Shown here one piece after another: positions 1 to 10,956 of a stretch of 64,000 bases of DNA. The stretch lies in NCBI GenBank assembly GCA_034226945.1, contig CP120455.1:434001-498000 (forward strand), written 5' to 3'. The notes below the pieces were generated by a model that searched no databases, was not told where the DNA came from, and saw only the letters and a list, made by a program, of their open reading frames with translations. Position 1 is the first letter of the stretch. Each line of letters starts with the position of its first letter. The stretch comes from Picochlorum sp. SENEW3. Lineage: Eukaryota. A program made the translations under genes and the position numbers.

Positions 1-221
1 TGAATCTCTCTATGCAGACACACATAGTGCCATTGATCAATGTGTTGCAATCTTTATTCCTCTGCATTCACCGCCAGTTGGTAACTGTTTGGGTCCCTCT
101 CCAGACTGCCACGTCCCTCAGCGTGCTCTTCTTGACAGCTGCATTCATTGTATCATCATGACACGCGAGTAGCTAGCACATGTTCTAGTGCATGGACCCG
201 TAATCTTCTAGTATCGATAGA

Positions 222-1067
222 TTATTTATCGTGAGCATTGGCCCCTGCTTCTATCAATGCGTTGACCCTCTCAGCATGACCATGGTGCACAGCTGCCCTC
301 AAGGCAGTCCACCCATCACTGTCACAATAATTCACATCCGCGCCTTTTTCAATCAATGCATGAACCCTCTCAACATCACCATATCGAGACGCCTCCATCA
401 ACGCAGTCCACCCATGTTTGTCGCAAGCATTCACATCAGCACCTGCTTCAATCAAGGCAAAAATTCTCTCAACATCACCATGTCGAGATGCCTCCATCAA
501 CGCAGTCCACCCCTCCTTGTCACACGCATTCACATCAGTCCCTGCTTCAATCAAGGCACAAACTCGTTCTACATCACCACCATCACCAGAGGCAGCCATC
601 AAAGCAGTCTTCCCATCTTTGTCAGGAACATTCACATCAGCTCCTGCATCAATCAAGGCATTGACCCTCTCAACATCGCCACCACCTCCAGAAGCAATCA
701 TCAATGCAGTCCAACCATGCTGATTTTCAGCATTCACATCAGCCCCTGCGTCAATTAAAGCGCGAACTCTCGCAAGATCGCCACCATCACCAGAAGCAAA
801 CATCAACGCAGTCCATCCATCATTGTCACATGCATTCACATCTGCGCCTTTTTCAATCAAGGCACAGACTTTCTCAACATCTCCAGCTCCAGAAGCATGC
901 ATCAATGCAGTCCTTTTATTATCATCATCATGACGAGCATTCACATCTGCCCCCTCTTCGATCAAGGCATACAGTCTCTCAACAGTATCATTTCCAAGAG
1001 CAGAAAACAAGGCAGCCACATCATGCCGTGTTTGGGCACCCGACTCCCTGAATTCTTCCATGTTCAA
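222..1067 (-). CDS. Ankyrin-repeat protein (about 7 tandem ANK repeats)
   Basis: 281-aa ORF built from repeated GWTALMxAS..GDVERVxALIEAGADVNA units; no introns seen. Confidence 0.93.
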   Translation of the reverse strand: MNMEEFRESGAQTRHDVAALFSALGNDTVERLYALIEEGADVNARHDDDNKRTALMHASGAGDVEKVCALIEKGADVNACDNDGWTALMFASGDGGDLARVRALIDAGADVNAENQHGWTALMIASGGGGDVERVNALIDAGADVNVPDKDGKTALMAASGDGGDVERVCALIEAGTDVNACDKEGWTALMEASRHGDVERIFALIEAGADVNACDKHGWTALMEASRYGDVERVHALIEKGADVNYCDSDGWTALRAAVHHGHAERVNALIEAGANAHDK

Positions 1068-1245
1068 TCCCTATCCCCCATATTTCTTTTTTTTTATTTC
1101 AATCTATTGATATGGCTGCTCGAAACCTTCCATATACGAGAGGTTGGCATCTTTTTAATTTTCAAAATTTCAAAATTTCAAATTGGACAGGTAGATGACA
1201 AGGAGCAGATGGGGCCATGTTTGTGAACCACCGCACCGCACGCCA

Positions 1246-1270
1246 ATCATCATCATCATCATCATCATCA
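1246..1270. repeat. (ATC)n microsatellite
   Basis: Direct reading of about 8 ATC units. Confidence 0.9.
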
Positions 1271-1503
1271 GTTCCAGTGTTATGTAGTAGTACTCAAGTA
1301 CTGGGTCGTACTCTAGGAAACCAGTCCGTTGTCAATGGAACGTATGATTGTTTGGATACTGGATGGTGTCATCAGATGTGGATCTGTTGACAATACTCAT
1401 AGACGTACTTACTACTACAGTATAATTTATATAGGACCTAACCAAATAAAGCAGTATAATTTAATTTTTTGGCAGAATTAGGTATCGTTTTCTCATAACT
1501 CAG

Positions 1504-2076
1504 GTCCATTTAAAAAAGGAGCTTGTAACGTCGACCTCAACAACGTCCTCAAACAGTGTCCCAGACCAGAAGGAAGAGCTCGCAAACGAACTCTATGATC
1601 TGTTTTTATTGAAAAAAGAGGTTGAGAAAGAGAAGGAGAGGATTAAAAGAAAATGGAGGCCAATATTGGATATTGATGGGCTGTTGGAGGAGGCCTTCTC
1701 TGAATTTCCAAGGATTCCTACAACTGCGGCAATGGAGCAATAGTTGTACCAACAGACAGAGACACGCAGAGATTCAAAGGAGTTGGATGGAGGGTTTGAT
1801 GCACTTGATGGAAATGAATATGACCGCAGTACGGCTCCCGAGGAGGCACCTGTTTGGCACAACAAGACAATGCCCTGAAGGACAAGGATACACCACCAGG
1901 GTATCATGAGCTAGAGAGTCTCAACAATACTCGAGAGCATCAGAGAATCTAAAATAACAGAAGCGCTAGAAGTAAGGAACAAGAAGAGAAAGACTGCTGC
2001 TTTTCAAAGCCTACAACTTGTACAGTGGTTGAGGAAATATGTCCCTGTTGTCGCCCTGGATTTCCTTACCATGTGA
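1504..2076 (+). pseudogene. Probable pseudogene: one protein-like reading frame interrupted by three in-frame stops
   Basis: After a CAG acceptor-like site the frame reads VHLKKELV...TAAMEQ*LYQQ...KTMP*RTRI...IMS*RVSTILESIRESKITEALEVRNKKRK...DFLTM*; stops at 1741, 1876 and 1912. Confidence 0.5.
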
Positions 2077-2339
2077 TGGGGCATCTTTCAATCCCTGCTG
2101 ATAGATCCTATGTAAGATGCAAAAGACCGTATATAGGAATTTCAATACATCATATCAACCTTTGAGTTGGATGTCGTGACCATACATTCCTCCAATTGGA
2201 GCTTGCTAGGACCTTGAAAGGTCATCATGTGTTCAAGCCAAGTGTTTTTGCCATGAATACTGATGGCCATTTGGAATCGATTGGTATCTATTGCATGCCA
2301 AATGATACATAATATATTATATTTTATTTACAAGTAGCT

Positions 2340-3260
2340 ATGAAGGAAAAGAAGAGGCGAATAGGTACCGAGGAAAAGATTTCTGAAAATGCAATGAAAG
2401 ACGAGACTCTTCGTCTTTCAAGGGCTGATTTGGATGCACTTGTCAAAAATACATTTGATAATAATACTACTTTAGGAATAGATGATCTAGAAGTGTATCC
2501 AAAGGATGTTTTGCGAGAAAAAGCCCGGGAACTTCAGGTGAGTGATAGCAAACCTATGACTAGTATTTGAATAAAAGATTGATACAATCATTCTTATCGC
2601 ATGATCCTGCAATGCTGTATGTAGCATTCTATCGAGAATCTGTATCAGGCAATAGATGATGCGCATGCGTCGGTAGGGATGCGTATTCATGGTAATACGG
2701 GTGTGTCTGCCCATGACATCTTGGCATACTCGCATCGTCTTAGTTACACGAGCTTTGCGCCCCCTGGGTACATCCCAGGGAAGAGTATGCTGTATATGCA
2801 CAAACCCCCTGCTCCTCAGACGGCACAGTTTCAGAATTCTATTCTGTATACACTGCGATCACAGGAACAAGAAGATGCTCTGTATGCACCAGCTGTGGCT
2901 GAGAAGAAGAAGGAGGAGGATGGTGGCCGTATTGAACAAGAACAAACCAAATATGTGGGTGGTATTGATCCAGAATTGCTGAAAAATTTGCCTCCGATGC
3001 CAAAGGAATGGTCCGTTGGGGACCCAATTCCTGGGCTGGATACTGCTGCCAAGGAAAAGATGACAACAACAAAGGCTGCTGCCGAGCTGGTTTTAGAGAA
3101 GAAACCTATTGATATAATAAATTCGAAAGAAGCAAAGGAGCAAACAAAGAAGAAACCTGCGTCAGGATTTGCGTTTGCACTCAATCCAGATCTGGATGCT
3201 GACATTGAATTTGGTGTGGATAGTGACGAAGGCAGCAGCAGCAGTGACGATGACTTTTAA
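2340..3260 (+). CDS. MED4: Mediator subunit 4; intron 2538-2624
   Basis: DILAYSHRLSYTSFAPP...PPAPQ..FQNSILY matches the plant MED4 signature; acidic tail; GT-AG intron joins the two ORFs in frame. Confidence 0.8.
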
Positions 3261-3322
3261 ATTATTATCATTACAACTCGTGTACGAATGAATTATAGTA
3301 ATAGTATACAGAATCATTCTTC

Positions 3323-3910
3323 TTACACGGCAACCGCCGTCCTCTCCTTTTTCCCACTCTTCTTTCCAGACTTTTTCTTCGAGCTGCTGCTTGAATTCTT
3401 CCTTCGTCGTCGTCGTCGCTCTTCGTCATCATCCTCGTAATCCCCCAACTCCCTCATCGTCAACTGTGGCTCTCCACTTTGGGGTCCAAAGTTATTACCA
3501 CCACCACCACCGCCTCCTCCTCCTCCTCCTCCTCCTCCTCCACCACTTCCTCCTCCTCCCCCAAAGATGCCACCACCACCGCTATCTACCAAGAAGTATA
3601 TTCCTAAAAACAATGCATTCAGAGCTAAATTTCGAGCAATCTTCCCTCCATCCCATCCTCCACCGCCCCCTCCACCATCATTCGTATTGATAGGTGGCAA
3701 CCCTGGAGGCCCAGACAGCCTCTTTTTCGTCGTCGTATTACTTCGCTCCACATTCGCCTCCACGACCAATGCACGACGGCATACTTTATTATCTCTAACA
3801 TATGTATAAATACCACGCCCTCCTCGTACGAGGCCGTGTCGTGGCCCAATGCCTCGACTGCCACATGTGGACGGGCTCCACATGCCATTCTGCACGACGA
3901 CAGTCTTCAT
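3323..3910 (-). CDS. Gly-rich protein with putative plastid transit peptide and one TM helix; function unknown
   Basis: MKTVVVQ start, R/V/S-rich N-terminus, poly-Gly tracts flanking hydrophobic NLALNALFLGIYFLV, basic tail. Confidence 0.6.
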   Translation of the reverse strand: MKTVVVQNGMWSPSTCGSRGIGPRHGLVRGGRGIYTYVRDNKVCRRALVVEANVERSNTTTKKRLSGPPGLPPINTNDGGGGGGGWDGGKIARNLALNALFLGIYFLVDSGGGGIFGGGGGSGGGGGGGGGGGGGGGGNNFGPQSGEPQLTMRELGDYEDDDEERRRRRRKNSSSSSKKKSGKKSGKKERTAVAV

Positions 3911-4367
3911 ATTTCCAGACAGAAGCACCGTGAACAGATACAATAAATGAAATAATGCAAATGTACATACCATTCCAAACCATTCCATGATGCTCATGAA
4001 AGAAAAGTAATCTCTTTTCTTATGTATCCGAATTACGGAGTTTCCCGACACCCGCATCGACGATATCATCCACGCATGGCTGTCGACCAGGCGGTGGTAT
4101 ATGCATTATGAATTATTTTTTATACAACAAAAATCACGAGTATTTTTACTCTGTACGAATGAGTGGCTGAGTGGGGTTACATTTCGTTCATCCTGAAGCC
4201 AGCTCTCTCGCTCGAATTCGACTGAGAGAGGGGTAGAGCAGGAGAGACATACCAAAGAGAGATAGTTAAAGAAGAAGCGAGAGAGAGCAGAAGGAAGAGA
4301 TTACGTTGCTGGTTGTTGCGTGTGGTGGTGTTGGTAGTGGGTAATTCATTGAACACTGGATACGACC

Positions 4368-5030
4368 ATGGTTGCGTGGTGGAGGAATTTCTATTCGTCC
4401 AACAGAGAGTCAGAAGAACAGCAACACCAGTATAGTGCGTCTTCGTATGACGCTGCAGAGCTTCACGGGCTAGGCGACGAGGGGAGTGCAACCGTGGACC
4501 TGTACAGTTTGCTGGGTGTGGGGGTCATGGTGCGTTTCTATCTGTTCTTTACGTGTATACATGCTGCGATATGAAACATACATATGTCCTGTCATGTGAT
4601 GGTACAAGTACTCATCTGAAGAATGCATGCAATTATGGTGCAGGCGTCTGATGAAGAGCTGCGGCGATCATGGAAGAAGAAGGCATTTGAACATCACCCA
4701 GATAGGCATGCAGGGGATCCGAACTCTACCATTCGGTTCCAAGCTATTCAACACGCATATAATGTGTTGAAAGATAAGAATAAAAGGAATGAGTATGATA
4801 AAGCCTTGTTGCATCGATTCTATGTAGAAGAATATCTCTATCGATGTGCAGACCTCATACTCACCTCGTCCGGATTGCAATTGCCCATTCATTTTTCCAA
4901 GAGTGCGGATCAAAGTGGGTCATATGGCACCGAGAAGATTGGAAGTGATTCTCAGTTCTTTCTCACAGCAACCTCGATGCATCCAGCTGCATCTCGGACC
5001 ACCACCAACGCAACTACATCATCTTTTTGA
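4368..5030 (+). CDS. DnaJ/J-domain protein; intron 4530-4643
   Basis: DLYSLLGV...ELRRSWKKKAFEHHPDRH..FQAIQHAYNVL with HPD motif; in-frame GT-AG intron. Confidence 0.88.
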
Positions 5031-5238
5031 TTGATACCAACATTGATGATTGGGGGATTGTTTGTTTGATGCGTGTATTTATATATCTAATTATATACTA
5101 CAGTAGTATTGCATTGTTATTTGTTTCATAGTGACATATTTACATCCATCATTATTTTTATCTCTCTCTGTATGTGAATGTATATTCATGTACATCACCT
5201 TGAGATGACATGGACAATACCACAATAAAACATTGTAA

Positions 5239-5520
5239 TTATCCACCCCGAGCCTCCCGTCTAGTAGCATCATGCAACAGCTCTGTATCAACACTACCCA
5301 CTGGCAACTGAATATACCTCACAACACTGCCACGAACAAAACAATTCCTCACTGACAACATGTGAGGATACAGCTCTGGATCCTTCACCTGGATCTTGTT
5401 CAATTTAATATTGAGATACTGATCTATAGAGTGCACAGTACCGGTAATGCACAAATCATTCTTCAGTTCCACAGTCACCTCCTTTCCCACCACTGTCTTG
5501 AAATAGCTATAAAACAGCAT
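5239..5520 (-). CDS. LSM2: U6 snRNA-associated Sm-like protein LSm2
   Basis: MLFYSYFKTVVGKEVTVELKNDL...RNCFVRGSVVRYIQLP...LLHDATRRE. Confidence 0.97.
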   Translation of the reverse strand: MLFYSYFKTVVGKEVTVELKNDLCITGTVHSIDQYLNIKLNKIQVKDPELYPHMLSVRNCFVRGSVVRYIQLPVGSVDTELLHDATRREARGG

Positions 5521-5882
5521 CTTCTACGGTTATCTGATCTTTATTTCTATAATATGACTACTCTAGCATTCATATATATCGATGGAATGGATTAGGAAGT
5601 GAAATGATTCCTGAATCTTTTCTTGAATTTGATTCTTCTTCCTCTGCGTGGGTGCCTTCTGAAAAAAAGGATTCTCTATATTGCGATGGTATATGCAAAT
5701 GTTTTTATTTCAAAAAAGCGGTTGATACATGCGGACTGATGAGGTGGATGAGAACGCTTTGGTTTTTAATGTATCATTTACAGAGTTTATGCAGCTCGGC
5801 CCTGCAAGGCACATCACTGCTACTTCTGTATCACGAAATATCTGTATTTGAATTGATTCTTTTTACAAACCAATTAATACCC

Positions 5883-6842
5883 ATGAATTTTTGTATAGAG
5901 TCCTTGCCTGGAAGGACGAGGGTGACGACGACGAGTGGTAGAGGAGACTGTTGTCTGCAGAAGAACAAGTCAAGAAGAGAAGATTCAAGGAGCATCCTGT
6001 TCGCTCGCCACAGTCCTGCTCAGCATCACGATCATAGTGGTATCAATAGCGTGACATGGTGGCGTTGCTCTTCAGGGACACGCGATGATGAGCATGGTGA
6101 TGCCCAGCAAGAGCATGGAACTGATAGGCTGCAGGAATACAAGGATGAAGAAGAGTCATTCCCTACAACAGTCACGTCTTCGCCAGATATGAGAGCTGGT
6201 ACATCCACTGGTCTTGTCAAGGCAACCTTTGAACCATATGTATTAGAAAAACATAATGCTGGAGTCATGCAGAAGTTACGAGATGCGCCATGGGAATTTG
6301 GGTATCATGTGAATGAACGGAATGTGTATTGGAACGACGAGTTGCAGTCTCGTCTGTATAGTAAAGTGGCATCGGAAGAATTAGGCATGTCTGAGGAGAC
6401 TTTAGATATGTATTTGACGCAGTTACGGTTTCTCATGCCAGATGCGTGTGATAAAATGAAAAACATGTCTGTGGGGACTCTGGCAGATTTGGTGAAGCAT
6501 ATAGATGATATTCCACATCGTCTCATGGTGCTGAAGAATGTATTTCCAAATGCAAATGCATGCCTTCTTGGTATCCGAAACCCACAGGTACTCTTGCATG
6601 TAGAAGAGAGCACGCTGCAGAGCATGGCAGATGAGCTGCATGAGATGTTTCCAAATTTAGATGTGGATCGATTGGTTGAGGAGAATCCAAGTATGCTGGA
6701 TATACAAGGGATTAAGAATGCTATAGCAGAAGCGAAACAAATCATGCCGTCGTTGGATATACAGCATGCAATGGGAAGTGATCCTCAGTTAATTTTAGGG
6801 TTCCAAAGAGGGTCTGATATGATCTCAGGTGGGTTTGATTGA
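5883..6842 (+). CDS. Conserved-looking hypothetical protein, probably plastid-targeted; 3' end may extend via an intron
   Basis: Long ORF with transit-peptide-like N-terminus from MNFCIES and a helical C-terminal domain. Confidence 0.6.
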   Translation: MNFCIESLPGRTRVTTTSGRGDCCLQKNKSRREDSRSILFARHSPAQHHDHSGINSVTWWRCSSGTRDDEHGDAQQEHGTDRLQEYKDEEESFPTTVTSSPDMRAGTSTGLVKATFEPYVLEKHNAGVMQKLRDAPWEFGYHVNERNVYWNDELQSRLYSKVASEELGMSEETLDMYLTQLRFLMPDACDKMKNMSVGTLADLVKHIDDIPHRLMVLKNVFPNANACLLGIRNPQVLLHVEESTLQSMADELHEMFPNLDVDRLVEENPSMLDIQGIKNAIAEAKQIMPSLDIQHAMGSDPQLILGFQRGSDMISGGFD

Positions 6843-7018
6843 CGGTGTAATCTCTGTCTTTTGGGTGATCTTTTAATATATACAGCAATGATGCGTGTGT
6901 ATCATGCACAGGAGGTGGCCTGCTGTCGTGACGTGGTTTCTCATATTCATTGTTGTTGCTGTTGTTGTTATGTGGTGGTGTATCCCAAGGAGTCAATAAA
7001 TAATCTACTACTCGTCCA

Positions 7019-7038
7019 TGTGTGTGTGTGTGTGTGTG
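7019..7038. repeat. (TG)n microsatellite
   Basis: Direct reading. Confidence 0.85.
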
Positions 7039-7478
7039 GCACAGGGAACTGCGATTGATGTAAATCTCCACAGACCATTCCAGCGTGTTATATATCCACA
7101 AGGTACGGGAGGTTCTTCTCAGCAACAAAACATGCTGCAGTGCTCAACGTCTTCTAGTCTTCCAGTCTTCTTATGTGGCTGTATACATGCAGCTCGAAGC
7201 AGTCCTGCTCAACGGGAGGGGATGCAGCTGATCAGCAATATTGCTTGATGAATCATGATTTAGAAGAAGAATTCTTCAAGATCTTGGGAAGGAAGGAACA
7301 CGAATGCCACGTTCTCCAAATTCTAAACATGAGAAACCGTTTCTCTTCCATGCAAAATTAATTATTGATATTCCAATTCGTGTAATAAATAATAAATCAA
7401 GATATGGTATGGCGAGAGTAGAAGAGAAACACGAGAGCGGTACCGCATCCAAGTAGCATACAAGACTCTATTTTGGCA

Positions 7479-8990
7479 ATGTCCAAGACAACGGCGTCAG
7501 ACCTGGACAATCCCCGGGTGTTTTTTGATATAGAAATTAATAATGAAGAATTAGGAAGGATTGTATTTGTGCTGTTTGCGAATGTCGTCCCGAAAACGGT
7601 GGAAAACTTTCGAGCGTTGTGCACTGGGGAAAAAGGAGTAAGTCCTCATGGACATAGGCTGTGGTACAAAGGCTGTGCGTTTCACCGCATCATCCCTGGG
7701 TTTATGTGTCAGGGAGGAGATTTCACGAATGGTGATGGTACTGGAGGGGAATCAATCTACGGCAAGGTATTTGACGATGAGAACTTTATTGAAAAACACA
7801 CAGAGGCTGGATTGTTGAGCATGGCGAACGCAGGTCCGGGTACGAATGGGTCTCAGTTTTTCCTGACAACAGAGAGTACCCCATGGTTGGATGGGAAGCA
7901 TGTTGTGTTTGGAAAGGTGGTGGAAGGGATGGCAGTGGTTCGGAGAATTGAGAATTGTGGGTCTCGGAGTGGAAAGCCAACCAGTCGGGTAGTGATTAAA
8001 GATTGCGGTGAGCTGGCGAGCCGTCGGCAAATTTTATCAAAAATTGAGGCTGAGAAGACTGAGGAAATCAAATTGAGACAAGATCCCACTCTTGTGGACT
8101 TGGAAGCTGAAGCAAGGAAGAGACTGGAAGCCTTAAAAAGTGGCCGCGGTGGCACCAAGGCGTTTGTGACTGCCCAGGAGGAATTGAAAAAAATTGAAGA
8201 GCAGGAAAAGACTAAAGCAGCTCAGGTTCAGCATGAAGAAGAGTCACAGGAGGAGGAAGAAGAACACGAAGAACACGAAGCAGAAGCAGACAAGGCGGGC
8301 ACCAAAGAGCCAGTATCGGATAAGATGGCACGATTACAGCAATTGAGGGCGAAAATGAAACAAGCTCAAAAGTCGAATGAGTCTGCCGTAGTGAACGAAG
8401 CCAAATCATCAAAACTAAAAGCCATGATGCAGCGTGATATGGGCATCCAAGACGATGGTGATGGGAGGAAAAAGTGGCACCAAGAAAAGGTAAAGAAGCG
8501 ACAAGAGGAGCTCAAACGACTAGGTTTAACGGAAGATAAATCATACCTGATTCAAACGGCAGAAACAGCCGAGGCAGTGGATAAGAAGAAGAATAAAAAG
8601 AAGAATCCACGTGGATGGGAATCCTTCAATCAAGCTGCACTATACGAGGCATATGAGCAGAGGACAGAAGGCATCAAACCTGATATCAAAGAGTACGAGG
8701 CAGCGAAAGCGAAAGATCCCGAGTTCTATAGAACATCTGACAGTATGTTGTACGGCGGGGCTGGTGGTGCACCAAAAGAAGCAGTTGATAGAATGGTGGC
8801 AGAGTTGGAGGACAGAAAGAAGAAAGCATCCCAATTCTCCAGGAGACGAAAACATCGTGAGGATGATGATATTGATTATATCAATGATAGAAATGCACAT
8901 TTCAATAAAAAGATTGAAAGAGCTTTCGGTGCATACACCAAGGAGACCAAGGCGAATTTAGAACGTGGATCTGCTCTCCCAGAGAATTAA
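7479..8990 (+). CDS. Cyclophilin-type PPIase fused to a SYF2 splicing-factor domain
   Basis: N-terminal [15 protein letters not shown]...[14 protein letters not shown]...[11 protein letters not shown]-terminal [34 protein letters not shown] (SYF2). Confidence 0.92.
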   Translation: MSKTTASDLDNPRVFFDIEINNEELGRIVFVLFANVVPKTVENFRALCTGEKGVSPHGHRLWYKGCAFHRIIPGFMCQGGDFTNGDGTGGESIYGKVFDDENFIEKHTEAGLLSMANAGPGTNGSQFFLTTESTPWLDGKHVVFGKVVEGMAVVRRIENCGSRSGKPTSRVVIKDCGELASRRQILSKIEAEKTEEIKLRQDPTLVDLEAEARKRLEALKSGRGGTKAFVTAQEELKKIEEQEKTKAAQVQHEEESQEEEEEHEEHEAEADKAGTKEPVSDKMARLQQLRAKMKQAQKSNESAVVNEAKSSKLKAMMQRDMGIQDDGDGRKKWHQEKVKKRQEELKRLGLTEDKSYLIQTAETAEAVDKKKNKKKNPRGWESFNQAALYEAYEQRTEGIKPDIKEYEAAKAKDPEFYRTSDSMLYGGAGGAPKEAVDRMVAELEDRKKKASQFSRRRKHREDDDIDYINDRNAHFNKKIERAFGAYTKETKANLERGSALPEN

Positions 8991-9091
8991 CTATTGAATC
9001 ATTTGATCAGTATTTCGCGTGTTTGTAAAAAAGAAAGAGGCTACTATGATAAAATACATGATGATTACATATCACGAGCAATACGGATGAA

Positions 9092-10540
9092 TTAATCAGC
9101 GATATTCACCAGACTTCTGAGGGGTGTCTTGCTCTCACCTCGAAGACTTGGAGAAAACTTTTCAGTTGCCCTTGAGAATGGCACACCAGCATTCTCCTTG
9201 TTCAGAGCCGTATTCGTTTTCTTATTCATAATTCGTCCTTCAGCTGCAGAAAGTGCATACTTGAGCTCTTCAATGACATTGCAAAGAGCTTCCTTTTCAT
9301 TCTGCAGCTGTCTATTCTCCACCCTACTGCTCTCCAACCGAGCCTCTGCCGCCTTCAAAGCCTTCAGGGCTTGTTGCTCTTTACGATTTGATTCTTCAGC
9401 TGTGATCTTGATCTTTTTCAATGACTCTTGTAACATGTTTCGTTCGGTGGAGATGCCTTGTACCTCCCTCTCATGCTCTTCCTTTTGAGCATGCAATGCA
9501 GATGCCACTGCTTTGCCCAACTTTTCTGTATACTCGTCCTCCACCCGCTCCAATGCCATTTGCAATTCTCTTTGAGACTCTTCCTTCATTCTATTCAGCC
9601 GTTGTTCCACAAATCTGTCCGACATGCCACTCTGGTGTTCCCTGAGTGTAGCATTCTCTGCTCTCAAGTCCTCACACATCATCTTGGCAGCCAGATAATC
9701 TTCCTCCATGTCATGCAAACGCATCTCAAGATCCTCCATATCTTGCCGCTGAGCTTCAATTCTAAGTTTATGCTCACCATGCTCCACAACAGATTGCCCA
9801 ATAGACCATTGCGGCGATACAGTATTGTTACTACCCTCCTTTGACACCACATTCTTCAGCGCCGATAGCCGTGTATCCATATGCTGAAGTGATGCTACAC
9901 TAGAATTGATAGCACTGTGATATCGAGACTCAGCCTCCTCCAACCTATGCACCAATGATGCATTCTCCTTTTCAGCATCCAAGGCCCTCCCATGATACTC
10001 TGCCGCATACTCCTTCAAACACGCCACCTGCTCCACCAAATCCTCAATCCTCCACTCTTTTGATTGCAAATCGGACAAAGCCGCATTCAACTGCTCTTTT
10101 ACAGCACCGACAGGCTCCGTGTCCTCATAGGCTTCCAGGCGAAGCTCTGCTGCAGAAAGCTCATGCTCCAAACCCAGAGCCACGCCATCCAATCTCGCCA
10201 CCTCATCCTCCAATTCTTTATTCTTCCGTCTCATATCCCGGTTTTCTCCGAGATAATGCTTCTCACGCGCATGGCACCCTCGAAGCTCCTGACACACTGA
10301 AGCCAACTCTCCCTGAACCTTGCTCACATGCTCAGACATCTCCTGACAATCACGCTTTGCCTTGGCCAACTCATCACGTACACGACCAAGATCCTTCTGA
10401 GACATCTCTTTATCGCCCTGCAGCGCAGCAGCTCGAGCTGACAACTGCTCCATCTTGCTCGCCACCTCCTCTGCCTGCTGCTCCAGAGCGACCAACCGAC
10501 GACTCCCATCATCATGCTCTTTCTCTTGAATAGACCCCAT
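9092..10540 (-). CDS. Long coiled-coil protein of unknown function
   Basis: 482-aa E/L/K/A-rich heptad-like ORF. Confidence 0.8.
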   Translation of the reverse strand: MGSIQEKEHDDGSRRLVALEQQAEEVASKMEQLSARAAALQGDKEMSQKDLGRVRDELAKAKRDCQEMSEHVSKVQGELASVCQELRGCHAREKHYLGENRDMRRKNKELEDEVARLDGVALGLEHELSAAELRLEAYEDTEPVGAVKEQLNAALSDLQSKEWRIEDLVEQVACLKEYAAEYHGRALDAEKENASLVHRLEEAESRYHSAINSSVASLQHMDTRLSALKNVVSKEGSNNTVSPQWSIGQSVVEHGEHKLRIEAQRQDMEDLEMRLHDMEEDYLAAKMMCEDLRAENATLREHQSGMSDRFVEQRLNRMKEESQRELQMALERVEDEYTEKLGKAVASALHAQKEEHEREVQGISTERNMLQESLKKIKITAEESNRKEQQALKALKAAEARLESSRVENRQLQNEKEALCNVIEELKYALSAAEGRIMNKKTNTALNKENAGVPFSRATEKFSPSLRGESKTPLRSLVNIAD

Positions 10541-10956
10541 GATTAATTTTTTAATATTTATTGCAAATATCTGAATGCATCACAACAGACAGCGGTTATC
10601 AGGGTTGGACGAGGTAACAGATCTCATGGCACAACGGAGCAACCAACCGTTTCACCCGTAGGTGACATAGATATCATGAATAGCCAGTAATACGTATGCT
10701 TTCATGGATACAATATCAAATAGTCGTACCTTGTGTCAAAAAAATCCAGAGAAATTCCATTCTGGTCGGTATCGACTCGGGCGATTGGGTCTCGTCTCTG
10801 TTGTCGTCACGATGCGTTTTGGGCGCCACCTTGAGAGAGACCATTGCTATCGAATTACCAATGGAAATCATACTCTGCTCATTATGGATCCAATTCTCTG
10901 TCTGGATACACAAACATTGTGCTATTCTAAGACATTGTTGTTGATTCTGTGCTGTG

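Noticed and set aside
231..1000. Roughly 100-bp periodic DNA repeats that could look like a CRISPR array
   Set aside because: They are the coding ankyrin repeats; there are no unique spacers and the context is eukaryotic.
1741..1914. Stop-codon reassignment
   Set aside because: Conserved genes in the window terminate with TAA, TAG and TGA and show no internal stops.
3496..3580. (CCT/CCA)n tract as a separate repeat element
   Set aside because: It encodes the poly-Gly stretch of the minus-strand gene.
6861..7361. Short ORFs between the hypothetical gene and the cyclophilin
   Set aside because: Low complexity and microsatellite-containing; may be UTR or introns; no supportable product.
9129..10533. 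Long antisense ORFs over coding genes (also 31575-32373 and 42755-43591)
   Set aside because: Shadow ORFs of real genes on the opposite strand, with no recognisable motifs.
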